Notes: a model not told the origin generated them from the letters alone. Positions 45,952 through 55,308 are shown, counted from the stretch's first letter. The stretch is DNA of 64,000 bases from an uncultured Candidatus Saccharibacteria bacterium (GCA_964441495.1 CAYTXV010000003.1:3137-67136), one strand, 5' to 3'. A program made the numbers and translations.

Positions 45952-46646
45952 ACCGAACCTCCTTTTTGTTTAAAAAATTTAGTAATAGCATCTTCCAACC
46001 TGTCCAAATCTGCCGCACCATCCAATTCTTGCTTGAGAAATAAAGCAAGCTCATTTGATCCGTTTCCTGAAACCTTACGAATTTTTGCAGTAGTAGAGTT
46101 TGCTGATTGGGGTTCAAAAAATACAAGTTCTCCTGTGTAATCAGTAAGTGCGGCTCTAATTTTTTTCTCAAATGCAACAGGATCTTTGTCTGTTCCATAA
46201 GAAAAAACAGCTACATCAGGAAGTATATCCATTACCAGCTGGTCGGGGTGCTCTTTAACAGAACGAACGCAAACAATGTTTGTTGATCTGTTGTGTGCAA
46301 GTAGTTTTAATCGAACACTGATATCATCAATAGGTCGGTTTTTTTCATCTGGCTTTCGGAGTCGAGTAAGCTCATTGTCATCTACACCAACAATCAATAC
46401 ATCACCGAGTTTTTTGGCTTTTGCGAGATAGTCTACATGTCCATCATGCATCATGTCATAAACACCGCTGGTATAGACAATTTTTAGACCTTCTTTTTTA
46501 AGAAAACCAACAATGTACTTTAATTTCTTTCTATTGTTGATAATCCGATGTTCTTCACTTGGTTCATTACCCATGATCTTAAGAATACTTACATCTCCAT
46601 GATCAGGAAGTAGTTTAAAATACTTCTTTTCTTGATTATTATTCAT
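45948..46646 (-). CDS. Cytidylyltransferase-like nucleotidyltransferase (RfaE domain II / TagD-like)
   Basis: KIVYTSGVYDMMHDGHVDYLAKAKKLGDVLIVGVDDN...RPI...R...L; STTAKIRK near the C-terminus; ATGA overlap with the deaminase gene. Confidence 0.75.
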   Translation of the reverse strand: MNNNQEKKYFKLLPDHGDVSILKIMGNEPSEEHRIINNRKKLKYIVGFLKKEGLKIVYTSGVYDMMHDGHVDYLAKAKKLGDVLIVGVDDNELTRLRKPDEKNRPIDDISVRLKLLAHNRSTNIVCVRSVKEHPDQLVMDILPDVAVFSYGTDKDPVAFEKKIRAALTDYTGELVFFEPQSANSTTAKIRKVSGNGSNELALFLKQELDGAADLDRLEDAITKFFKQKGGSV

Positions 46647-46721
46647 TTTTAAAAGAATTTTTTAGTTTAAGAATGTTGTTTAGTTTCTCAAACATTACCT
46701 TTTTCTTTAGATAAGTCAAAT

Positions 46722-46749
46722 TTGACAAAATAAAAAAAATTGGTAATGT
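46722..46749 (+). promoter_or_regulatory. Sigma70 promoter for folA (TTGACA-N16-TGgTAATGT)
   Basis: TTGACA 46722-46727; extended -10 TGGTAATGT 46741-46749; 19 nt to ATG. Confidence 0.55.
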
Positions 46750-46768
46750 AAGTGCAAATTGAAACACT

Positions 46769-47305
46769 ATGCAAATAATCATTATTGTTGCCTACGCTCT
46801 TCCGTTCAGGTACATCGGTAAAGATTTGGAAATGTTGTGGCGTTTACCCAAAGATTTTCAAAACTTTAAAAAAGAAACTTTGCACCACACTGTGTCTATG
46901 GGCAGAAAAACCTTTGAATCACTACCTGGTCAAAAACCTCTCATTGATCGTGAAAACCACATCATCACGAGAGATGTAATGTACAGACCCGAACATGCAA
47001 ATGATCAAACAAAAATATTTCATTCGCTCAAAGAGTCTGTACTGCACGCCGAGCGTTCAGGGTGTGAAAAGTATTTCATTGCTGGTGGAGGAGAAATCTA
47101 TGCGCAAGCACTCACGCAAACAGATTTTGAAATAACCAAAATCCTTGCAACAGAAGTACACCTTGGTATTGATTCCCCGGTCACTGGCAATGTGTTTTTT
47201 CCAAAAATCACAAAGTTTCCTGTACATCGCCGAGTACTAGCCGAGCATGCACCCGACGAAAAGCACGCCCATGCATTTACTTTTGTTGAGTATGTACCTA
47301 TGTAA
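46769..47305 (+). CDS. folA: Dihydrofolate reductase
   Basis: IGKDLEMLWRLPKDFQNFKKETLHHTVSMGRKTFESLP..., FIAGGGEIY. Confidence 0.88.
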   Translation: MQIIIIVAYALPFRYIGKDLEMLWRLPKDFQNFKKETLHHTVSMGRKTFESLPGQKPLIDRENHIITRDVMYRPEHANDQTKIFHSLKESVLHAERSGCEKYFIAGGGEIYAQALTQTDFEITKILATEVHLGIDSPVTGNVFFPKITKFPVHRRVLAEHAPDEKHAHAFTFVEYVPM

Positions 47306-47320
47306 AAAGTTCTTTAGCAC

Positions 47321-47352
47321 AAAAAGCCACTCCCTTTCGGAAGCGGCTTTTT
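47321..47352. terminator. Bidirectional terminator between folA and rplK
   Basis: AGCCACTCC-ctttc-GGAAGCGGCT imperfect stem flanked by AAAAA and TTTTTT. Confidence 0.65.
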
Positions 47353-47376
47353 TATTGCTCAAAGTTGTTTGGAGGA

Positions 47377-47802
47377 TTATCCAACCACTTCGATGCCTGC
47401 ACTGCGTGCTGAACCTTCGACGATCTTCATCGCGCCTTCGATATCGTTGGCGTTGAGGTCTGGCATCTTGCGCTCTGCGATCGCGCGGACTTGATCACGA
47501 GTGATCTTGCCTGCCTTTGAGGTGCGAGGTTTACCTGAACCCTTTTCGATACCTGCAGCTTTGAAGATAAGTGAGGTAACAGTCGGCTGTGTGACGACGA
47601 AATCATATGATCGGTCATCGTATACCGAGATCTTGATACCTACCTTTTCTCCGCGCTGTTCAGCAGTTGCAGCGTTGAACTTCTGGACGAAGTCACCGAT
47701 GTTCACCCCTGCCTGACCGAGTGCGGGTCCAAGTGGTGGAGCTGGGGTTGCCATGCCACCCATCGCTTGGAGTTTGATCTTTTTTGTAATGTTTTTTGCC
47801 AT
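47377..47802 (-). CDS. rplK: 50S ribosomal protein L11
   Basis: IKLQAMGGMATPAPPLGPALGQAGVNIGDFVQKFN. Confidence 0.97.
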   Translation of the reverse strand: MAKNITKKIKLQAMGGMATPAPPLGPALGQAGVNIGDFVQKFNAATAEQRGEKVGIKISVYDDRSYDFVVTQPTVTSLIFKAAGIEKGSGKPRTSKAGKITRDQVRAIAERKMPDLNANDIEGAMKIVEGSARSAGIEVVG

Positions 47803-47869
47803 ATTGTGTGTGCCCTAGAAAGGGTGTAATGCTAATGTAGAAGCAGTAGCGTAACGGTTGTGATTATAC

Positions 47870-48418
47870 CTATAGTTTCTTAACTTGCAAGAAGTCGAGC
47901 TCTACCGGAGTCTCACGGCCAAAGAGTGAGACCATGACTTTGACTTTGCCACGCTCACTGTCCACCTCTGACACGCGCCCTTCGAGATCTTTGAACGGAC
48001 CGTCGTTGATGGTGATCGTCTCACCTACTTCAAGGTCGATAGTATGCTTTGCTGCCTCATCACTATCCATGCGGCCGAGGAAGTAATCGATTTCTTTTTG
48101 TGAAAGCGGTACTGGTACTGTTCCAGAACCAACAAATCCTGTCACGCGTGGTGTGTTGCGCACTACAAACCAACTTTCTTCGTCCACAATCATATCGACA
48201 AGTACGTATCCGGGGTATACCTTTTCGTCTACTTCAACTCGCTTTCCTGCCTTGATTTTGATTTTCTTTTCGGTTGGAACGACCACATTAAAGATTTTGT
48301 CTTGCATACCGAGACTCTCGATACGCTGACGAAGGTTACGAAGCACCGCATTCTCATACCCCGAGTATGTGTGGATCGTATACCAGTGACGTTCACCTGT
48401 GTGTTCTTGTTTTGCCAT
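47870..48418 (-). CDS. nusG: Transcription termination/antitermination factor NusG
   Basis: [25 protein letters not shown] motif [18 protein letters not shown]. Confidence 0.95.
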   Translation of the reverse strand: MAKQEHTGERHWYTIHTYSGYENAVLRNLRQRIESLGMQDKIFNVVVPTEKKIKIKAGKRVEVDEKVYPGYVLVDMIVDEESWFVVRNTPRVTGFVGSGTVPVPLSQKEIDYFLGRMDSDEAAKHTIDLEVGETITINDGPFKDLEGRVSEVDSERGKVKVMVSLFGRETPVELDFLQVKKL

Positions 48419-48423
48419 AACGA

Positions 48424-48606
48424 TTATTTGATGAAGAGGACTTTGAGTACTTCTTTGAAGAGCATATCAAATGCCCCGAGCACGTACCCGAGCCCAAGTG
48501 AAAAACCGATAATAATAAGCGCGTACATGATCGCACGTGTGCGTGTCGGCCACGTAACATTGCGCAGTTCTGTGCGAGTGTCTTTGAGGAATTGGATTGG
48601 CTTCAT
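48424..48606 (-). CDS. secE: Preprotein translocase subunit SecE
   Basis: 60 aa, [19 protein letters not shown] then a single TM; secE-nusG-rplK synteny. Confidence 0.85.
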   Translation of the reverse strand: MKPIQFLKDTRTELRNVTWPTRTRAIMYALIIIGFSLGLGYVLGAFDMLFKEVLKVLFIK

Positions 48607-48623
48607 ACTAAAATACTTGTATT

Positions 48624-48677
48624 AAAAAATCGCCCCGGAAGGCTGATGTATATCAGTATACCGTAGGGGCGATTTTT
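48624..48677. terminator. Terminator after the SIMPL gene (bidirectional shape, nested hairpin in loop)
   Basis: TCGCCCC...GGGGCGA 7-bp stem with inner CTGAT-gtat-ATCAG, flanked by AAAAAA and TTTTT. Confidence 0.6.
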
Positions 48678-48690
48678 CGTCAAGAAAGTG

Positions 48691-49494
48691 TTATTGGATC
48701 TCGTAGACAACAGTAACGTTTGCAGTGATATTTTGCTCTCCCACAGGGAGTGTAGGCGCGGTTGCCTTTTCTGGAGCAGCGCCAGCTACCGCATCTCGCA
48801 TATAGATAGGGTTTGGATACCCACCGCCATTTTCACTAAAGGATACGATGCGGACGATGCTTACCCCCAGACTCTTGGCGAGTTTCTCTGCTTCAGCGCG
48901 AGCATCTGCGATTGCCAGATCTCGAGCTTCTCGAGCGATAGCCTTGTCATCTTCAAACCCAAAGTTCGGACCGCTGATATTGGTTACCCCAGCATCCCCA
49001 AGCGCGCCGAGTACCTGCGGAACGATGTCGAGTTGCTTGATGTTAATGAGCACATTGTGCGAAACCTGATATCCACGAAGGACGGGTGTGTTGTTGTTGG
49101 GGCATGGTGTTGTGATACAACGAATCGTGTTGGTGTAGTCGTACTGTGGATATGAATCATAACTTTCGGTCTTGATGTATTTATCATCGATACCGAGCGC
49201 TTTGAGCGCTTTTGTTACTTGATCCATTTTTTTGCTCACGTTTGCTTGCGCAACCGCAACATCTTTTTGTTCGTCCATGATTGTAAATGAGACCTTTGCA
49301 GTGTCGGGAGCACGGTTTACTTTGCCTGTACCACTCACGGTGATGGTGTTGGTTGCAGTAACGCCTGATCCAACAAACCGGTACTCTTTCATTTTGACAA
49401 GTGTCGCCGCAAGGAGAAAGAGCGCAAGGAGTACTCCCACCCCAACAATGATACGAATGATAATGGTGTGATATTTTTCGATAAATGGTTGCAT
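48691..49494 (-). CDS. SIMPL-domain (DUF541) membrane-anchored protein
   Basis: N-terminal TM; ITVSGTGKV...PDTAKVSFTI; C-terminal PTLPVGEQNITANVTVVYEI typical of the family. Confidence 0.85.
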   Translation of the reverse strand: MQPFIEKYHTIIIRIIVGVGVLLALFLLAATLVKMKEYRFVGSGVTATNTITVSGTGKVNRAPDTAKVSFTIMDEQKDVAVAQANVSKKMDQVTKALKALGIDDKYIKTESYDSYPQYDYTNTIRCITTPCPNNNTPVLRGYQVSHNVLINIKQLDIVPQVLGALGDAGVTNISGPNFGFEDDKAIAREARDLAIADARAEAEKLAKSLGVSIVRIVSFSENGGGYPNPIYMRDAVAGAAPEKATAPTLPVGEQNITANVTVVYEIQ

Positions 49495-49502
49495 ACGTTC
49501 CT

Positions 49503-49511
49503 AGTATAGCA
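49503..49511 (-). promoter_or_regulatory. Extended -10 promoter TGCTATACT(AG), 8 nt before ATG; leaderless-type
   Basis: Minus strand TGCTATACTAG-gaacgt-ATG. Confidence 0.55.
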
Positions 49512-49513
49512 AA

Positions 49514-50191
49514 TCAGCGGTTACGTTTGTCCTCGACAATCTTGCCATCTGCTAGGGTAATGATACGGTCTGCAAGCGCTGCGTACTCCGGTTCGTGCGT
49601 CACCATGACGATGGTTTGACCTTCTTTGTTAAGCTCAACAAACGCATCAAGTACTGTTTTGGATGTTTCGCTGTCGAGGTTTGCAGTTGGTTCATCAGCA
49701 AAGACTATCTTGGGGTTGTGTCCGATCGCACGCGCGATCGAGACACGTTGCTGTTGTCCTCCCGAGAGTTGTCCTGGGACATTGTGCATGCGGTCACCGA
49801 GTCCGACACGCCTAAGCGCTTCCATTGCTTTTGTTTTTGCTTGCATCTCGGGGACACCTTGCATGAGGAGTGGAACCATGACGTTCTCAAGCGCGGTGAG
49901 TGTCGGAAGTACTGCATAGTCTTGGAAGATATATCCGAGCGCGTGCAGGCGCATGATTGTTTGCTCGTTTTCGGTAAGTGCGGTGACGTCGACTCCGTCT
50001 ATCGTGATTGTCCCATGTGTCGGGTGGTCAAGGAGACCGAGCTGATACAGGAGTGTACTTTTACCCGATCCACTACGCCCTGTGATCGCGACAAACTGCC
50101 CTTCCGGAATCACAAACGACACATTGTCTACCGCGCGGATCTCTGCGTCTCCTGAAGTAAATATTTTGGAAAGATTGGTAACGGTGATCAT
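49514..50191 (-). CDS. ABC transporter ATP-binding protein (MacB/LolD-type)
   Basis: GRSGSGKSTLL, LSGGQQQRVSIARA, IVFADEPTANLD. Confidence 0.93.
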   Translation of the reverse strand: MITVTNLSKIFTSGDAEIRAVDNVSFVIPEGQFVAITGRSGSGKSTLLYQLGLLDHPTHGTITIDGVDVTALTENEQTIMRLHALGYIFQDYAVLPTLTALENVMVPLLMQGVPEMQAKTKAMEALRRVGLGDRMHNVPGQLSGGQQQRVSIARAIGHNPKIVFADEPTANLDSETSKTVLDAFVELNKEGQTIVMVTHEPEYAALADRIITLADGKIVEDKRNR

Positions 50192-50194
50192 ATA

Positions 50195-51472
50195 TTATCG
50201 GCCCAAGATGGCGCTGAGTGTATTTTGTCTGATAACCATACGTGCGGGGATGTACCCAGCAACGATCGTCGCGCCCAGAAGGATGACGGTACGCACAAGT
50301 GTCCCCGGAACTGTCGCAACAAGTATCCCATCAGAAAACGGAAAGTCGATAGGATTTGCAACAAAGAGTGGCTTGAGAAACGCAAACACTACGACGATAC
50401 CGATAAGTGATCCTGCGAGCGCGTAAAAGATAGACTGTACCATGTACGACACCGCAATTGCTCGTGGTGTGATCCCGATCCCCTTCAAGATACCGATGTA
50501 TCGTCTGCGCGTGATTGCGTTGACAAAGATAACGATAAATATAGTGATCGCGGCAACAACGAGTCCGATACTTGAGATTGCATTTCCGAGTATGCCAAAC
50601 GTTGCCTGGATATCTTTGAGGAACTTGGGGAGTGCTTCATCATGTGTCTGTACTCGACCAAATGCGCCGACACCGCTATCGATGAGTAACTGTTTGGCAA
50701 CAGTAGCGTCTGTGCCTGGGACGAGCTGGATCGCAATCTGGTTTGCATTGTAGTCACTGCGTCCGATAAGTTTGCGCGCTTCATTATCGAGCATGATGAT
50801 TGAACTATCAAATGTATCTACCTTGCTCTTGATGATACCTTTGACATAATACTCCTTGCGAACGTTTCCGATAGTGATCCGTACACGTGATCCGATAGAA
50901 ACATCTTTGAGTGTTTGAAATCCTGGCGCTTCGATTGGTGTGTATTTGTACAACAAGTTTTTGCCAAGGACAACCGAATCACTATCACCTGGTTCGATGA
51001 AGCTTCCTTCGACAACAAACGTATCGATCCCGGAGAACGTGCGTTCCGCAACAGGGTCGATCCCGAGAAGCGATCCACCCGCACCATCACGAAGCTCATC
51101 TGGCGCAATCGTTGTACGGTAGTTACTCTCGATGCGAGCACTTCCGGTATACCGAACAACAGACGCTCTGTACCCTGGGATAGTCTTTGCGATTGCAACT
51201 GCCTCGGGGGTGTGTTCGATGTATGGCTTGTTGAGAAATGACGAGACGACAATGTCCCCCGAAGAGTACTGCTTGTCTGCACTCACTGATCCTTCGATGA
51301 GTCCCACAAGGATACCGGAAACAACTACGAGGTTGAGAAATGTGAGTAGCATCACAAACACAATGAGTGTCGTTGTCCACGGATTTGCGCGCTTGAGATC
51401 TCGCTTTGCGAGAAACATCCCAACACGCACATCAGTCTGAAAGATCTTCCACCACCCTCCCTTTTTGGGCAT
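50195..51472 (-). CDS. ABC transporter permease, FtsX/MacB-like
   Basis: Start trimmed to ATG 51472 (MPKKGGWW), just past the upstream stop; 4 TM with large extracytoplasmic loop; RRRYIGILKGIGITPR motif. Confidence 0.88.
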   Translation of the reverse strand: MPKKGGWWKIFQTDVRVGMFLAKRDLKRANPWTTTLIVFVMLLTFLNLVVVSGILVGLIEGSVSADKQYSSGDIVVSSFLNKPYIEHTPEAVAIAKTIPGYRASVVRYTGSARIESNYRTTIAPDELRDGAGGSLLGIDPVAERTFSGIDTFVVEGSFIEPGDSDSVVLGKNLLYKYTPIEAPGFQTLKDVSIGSRVRITIGNVRKEYYVKGIIKSKVDTFDSSIIMLDNEARKLIGRSDYNANQIAIQLVPGTDATVAKQLLIDSGVGAFGRVQTHDEALPKFLKDIQATFGILGNAISSIGLVVAAITIFIVIFVNAITRRRYIGILKGIGITPRAIAVSYMVQSIFYALAGSLIGIVVVFAFLKPLFVANPIDFPFSDGILVATVPGTLVRTVILLGATIVAGYIPARMVIRQNTLSAILGR

Positions 51473-51473
51473 A

Positions 51474-52913
51474 TTACTTACTACTCCACAAGACCTTGTC
51501 TCCCTCTGCGAGACCGCTTGTGATCTCGACCAGATCACCGTCGCCCTTGAGTCCTGTTGTTATCTGTTGCACTACTGTCTTTTTGCGTCGCTCATCAACA
51601 ACACGCGCCACCTTTTGTGCTCCGTCAGTAGTAGTGATCACACGCGCTGGAAGCACAAGTGCATTTGCGACCTCTGCTGTTTTGACAACCATGTTTGCGG
51701 TCATGCCAGGGCGAACTGTTGCGGTATCTGTCAGAAGCGCTTTGATCTTGTAGTTAACGACATTGTCTTTGATCGTTGCGGCAGGATCGATCGAAGAGAC
51801 AGTTGCGTAGTACATATCTCCCGGAAATGCATCAAATGTCACGGTGACTGGCTGGCCGATAGCAACACTTTTGATACTACTTTCATTGACATCTGCTTCG
51901 AGGTACAAGTTGGAGACATCTTGGAGCGCGATTGCGCCGTCACCAACCTGAGCTATCTCACCTACCTTGACGTTGACTGCTGTGATTGTGCCGTCTGCTG
52001 GCGCGCGAAGGATTGTCTTTTCGAGTGTTGCAGTTGCAGTGTCGACACCAGCTTGTGCAGTGATCACTTCTGCAAGCGCTGCGTCGATATCGGGCTGCCG
52101 CGCAGTTGCTTGGGTGAGCGCAAGTTGCGCCTCCTTTTCATCAACGACTGCTTTGTTGGCGATATATGATGCACCTTCAACGTTGGGGATAGTGATAGTC
52201 CATACTGTTCCGTTTGAAAGCTGGTCAAACGAACCAGATGCAAACTGCAGATACAGACCTTTTGTACCAAGCTTTTGAAGGAGACCTTCGCTCATGCGGA
52301 CACTTCCCCGTTCGATGCCGCTATACTCGATGGTGTTTTGCGCGAGCTTATCAAACTCGAGTCGGTAAACACCCTCAGCGCCAGTATAGGTACCTGAGAT
52401 TGTAGGAGCGATTGTTGTCAGTGGATCTTCTGGTTTTGCCTCAAGATCTTTTGAAAAGAGAGTTCGCTTTGCATTATCGAGCTGCACTTGCGCGAGTTTG
52501 ATTTCTTGGCTCGATGAACCTTCAAGTACTTTTTTGTACCGAGCTTGTGCTGCAAGGAGTGCACCTCGAGCTGATGCAAGCGCTGCGCGCTCATTACCAT
52601 TTGAAAGTGTCGCAAGGATATCTCCCTGTTTAACCTTTTGCCCGACAACGACACGGATACTTGAGATCATCTTGCTCTGCTCAAACCCAAGCGAAAGGTC
52701 GGTCGATGACACAACTGTCCCCGATGCACTGATTGAACGCACGAGTGTCTCGCGCTTCACCGTCTCGATCACTGTTGTACTGTCAGCAGCACCGTTTTTG
52801 GACGCGATCGCAACGATGATACCTAGAACAACGCCATACAGTACTTTGCGACGTAGTGACTGCTTACCCCACCATAGTTTTATTTTTGAAAAAAGTGTTT
52901 TGATGCGCTCCAT
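51474..52913 (-). CDS. HlyD-family membrane fusion / periplasmic adaptor protein
   Basis: N-terminal TM, biotinyl-lipoyl-like GQKVKQGDILATL, long coiled-coil, beta-barrel C-terminus. Confidence 0.85.
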   Translation of the reverse strand: MERIKTLFSKIKLWWGKQSLRRKVLYGVVLGIIVAIASKNGAADSTTVIETVKRETLVRSISASGTVVSSTDLSLGFEQSKMISSIRVVVGQKVKQGDILATLSNGNERAALASARGALLAAQARYKKVLEGSSSQEIKLAQVQLDNAKRTLFSKDLEAKPEDPLTTIAPTISGTYTGAEGVYRLEFDKLAQNTIEYSGIERGSVRMSEGLLQKLGTKGLYLQFASGSFDQLSNGTVWTITIPNVEGASYIANKAVVDEKEAQLALTQATARQPDIDAALAEVITAQAGVDTATATLEKTILRAPADGTITAVNVKVGEIAQVGDGAIALQDVSNLYLEADVNESSIKSVAIGQPVTVTFDAFPGDMYYATVSSIDPAATIKDNVVNYKIKALLTDTATVRPGMTANMVVKTAEVANALVLPARVITTTDGAQKVARVVDERRKKTVVQQITTGLKGDGDLVEITSGLAEGDKVLWSSK

Positions 52914-52915
52914 GA

Positions 52916-53425
52916 CTATTTGATTGCGATAAGCGAAACCTCAAAGATAAGCGTTGCGTTTGGTGGGATCACTCCAGGGATACCACCTGGTCCATACGCA
53001 AGATCTGATGGGATAGTAAGTACTCGAGTTTCGCCAAGCTGCATACCGAGCACACCCTGATCCCATCCCTTGATCACTTGACCTGCACCAACGACAAATG
53101 AGAATGTGCCGTCTCCTCGGTTTTTGCTTGCGTCAAAGACTGTGCCGTTTTCGAGTTTGCCGATATAGCTCACAACTGCAGTTTGTCCGTTTCTGATAGC
53201 TGGTCCGTTTCCTTCTTGGGTGATGTCGATATTCATAGTTACTTTTTTAGGTTTTGATAATGGGGTTGTTGGGTTGTACATTGTGTCAGGAAGCGCGTCT
53301 TGTTGTCCGACGAGCGCTGTACTGTCCGGCTCTGGAAGCTGCGCTTGGTTGTGTTTGCGCACTGCAACTATCACAACCGCAAGAACGATAAGCCCGATCC
53401 CGATCCATAGTTTGGGGTGCTTCAT
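52916..53425 (-). CDS. FKBP-type peptidyl-prolyl cis-trans isomerase, membrane-anchored
   Basis: FVVGAGQVIKGWDQGVLGMQLGETRVLTIPSDLAYG...ATLIFEV. Confidence 0.9.
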   Translation of the reverse strand: MKHPKLWIGIGLIVLAVVIVAVRKHNQAQLPEPDSTALVGQQDALPDTMYNPTTPLSKPKKVTMNIDITQEGNGPAIRNGQTAVVSYIGKLENGTVFDASKNRGDGTFSFVVGAGQVIKGWDQGVLGMQLGETRVLTIPSDLAYGPGGIPGVIPPNATLIFEVSLIAIK

Positions 53426-53433
53426 AGAACGCT

Positions 53434-53442
53434 AGTATAGCA
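53434..53442 (-). promoter_or_regulatory. Extended -10 promoter TGCTATACT(AG), 8 nt before ATG; leaderless-type
   Basis: Minus strand TGTGCTATACTAG-cgttct-ATG. Confidence 0.55.
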
Positions 53443-53452
53443 CAGGTTTTGA

Positions 53453-55306
53453 CTACCTGATGGTGAGCCCTGCTTGTGTAACTTGCTGTACGAGCTCACT
53501 CCACGACTTCTCGACTTCTTGATCGGTGAGTGTGTGATCCATGGACTGAAAAACAAATCTATATGCAACACTAGTCATACCTTCTTTGGTAAAGCGGTCA
53601 AAGCACACTGGTTCACGGAGTGCATGTACAGTTGCAAAACTCTGCACTATTTCTCCAAGCCGTGCTTCCTCTTGCTCATCCTTTACCCACACCGCAACGT
53701 CTCGCACGATAAATGGGTACACAGACCATGGAGCAAATGTACTGTCGGTTGCCGTAGTATCGAGTGTTGTGTGTTCAGTCACAATCTTGTGCTCTGCGAT
53801 GTATGCATCGAGTGTTGTTTCTTGGACTACACCGCCGGCAACAGTTGTAACATGTACCACCTCTTTGTCGCCAACAAACACAGTGCCTACCTCAAAGAGT
53901 TTGATTTCTGATTGTCCGAGGAGCGGTGCGTTGCGCTGATTGAGCTCATAGCTTTCTTTGAGTGCATCAGAGAGATTGGTGCGAAGCGCGCTCTTGTCTT
54001 TGGGGCCACGCGCGACATACACTTCCCCTTTTTTGCGAAACGTATATGTCTGCACCTCACGATACCCGTCGTGAACAAGCCATGCTTTTGCAGCACGGAT
54101 CGCCAGGTACTCAGGCACATGCGCGACACTGTGCACCTCTGGAAGCGGTGTCGCCGGGATCATATCGTACCCAACAACACGACCGATCTCTTCTGCGATA
54201 TCGTGCACCCCTGTGAGATCTGGCCGCTCAAACGGCACAGTGAGTGTATACGTATCACCTTCTACGCTGTACTGATATCGGTATCGATCAAATACCTCGT
54301 TGATGTGTTGCGCAGTTATTGTGCTGCCGAGGAGTCTCGCGATGTCTGTGTGTGTAAACAAAAGTGTGCGCTCGATGGGTTTGTTGGGGAAATGTTCATA
54401 CACTCCGGCAACAGTACCACCGGCGAGTTCTTGGATGAGCGCAACAACTTGTTGCGCAGCATCAAATGCAACAGAAGTGCTCAGGTTGTTTTCAAACCGC
54501 TTGGATGCGTCGGTAACGAGCCCGAGTGATCGAGAGGTTTTGCGGACAGACACTGGATCAAAGTTTGCAATCTCCAAAATGATAGATGTGGTCGCCGGCG
54601 AGGAAACAGGTGATTCTGTTGTGTCTGGTGAACTGACCCGAGGACCAACGGAATCGTTTGTTTCCGAGCCGGCGCTTTTCACTTGTGCATTCTTGCCCCC
54701 TTTTACACCAGCGATTGCAAGCGGTCCGATGTAGTCTGCAACGACAAGCATGTCTGACCTGAGTTCTTTTTGCTCTTCAGAAAGCGTGATGATCTTTTCT
54801 CCTTCTTTAGCGAGACGTACGACGATCCCTCCATCGATGTTTGCACTGTCGTACGCATGGACTGGTTGCCCTCGGTCAAGGAGTACATAGTTGGTTGCAT
54901 CAACGATGTTGTTGATAGACTTTTGCCCGACTGACTCGAGCGCCTGGACAAGCCACGCAGGTGATGGCGCTACCTTTACACCGTCAACCTTGATCGCGAT
55001 ATACCTGCGGCAGAGGTCGCTTGTGATGTCGACTTTTGTATCAAGGTCAGTCGCAGGCAGGAGTTTGTACTTGCGCTGTTTGAGTGTGAACTTGCACAGT
55101 CCCGCAATCTCGCGCGCCATACCATAGTGCGACAAACAATCACTCGCACGATCAGGGAGTACTTTGATATCAAATATCGTATCATCACCTTTTGCCTCAA
55201 GAGACTCCACCTCAAACGCACCAAAGATAATCTTTTCTTTCAAAGCTTCTGGTGTCGGGAGCGGCTCCTCGATATGTGATTGTAACCAGTTATACGAATA
55301 CTTCAT
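53453..55306 (-). CDS. pheT: Phenylalanyl-tRNA synthetase beta subunit (short form)
   Basis: MKYSYNWLQSHI N-terminus, B3/4 region AGVKGG...LEIANFDP, B5 and C-terminal FDX-ACB-like region; no OB-fold tRNA-binding segment after the first ~40 aa. Confidence 0.9.
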   Translation of the reverse strand: MKYSYNWLQSHIEEPLPTPEALKEKIIFGAFEVESLEAKGDDTIFDIKVLPDRASDCLSHYGMAREIAGLCKFTLKQRKYKLLPATDLDTKVDITSDLCRRYIAIKVDGVKVAPSPAWLVQALESVGQKSINNIVDATNYVLLDRGQPVHAYDSANIDGGIVVRLAKEGEKIITLSEEQKELRSDMLVVADYIGPLAIAGVKGGKNAQVKSAGSETNDSVGPRVSSPDTTESPVSSPATTSIILEIANFDPVSVRKTSRSLGLVTDASKRFENNLSTSVAFDAAQQVVALIQELAGGTVAGVYEHFPNKPIERTLLFTHTDIARLLGSTITAQHINEVFDRYRYQYSVEGDTYTLTVPFERPDLTGVHDIAEEIGRVVGYDMIPATPLPEVHSVAHVPEYLAIRAAKAWLVHDGYREVQTYTFRKKGEVYVARGPKDKSALRTNLSDALKESYELNQRNAPLLGQSEIKLFEVGTVFVGDKEVVHVTTVAGGVVQETTLDAYIAEHKIVTEHTTLDTTATDSTFAPWSVYPFIVRDVAVWVKDEQEEARLGEIVQSFATVHALREPVCFDRFTKEGMTSVAYRFVFQSMDHTLTDQEVEKSWSELVQQVTQAGLTIR

Positions 55307-55308
55307 AC

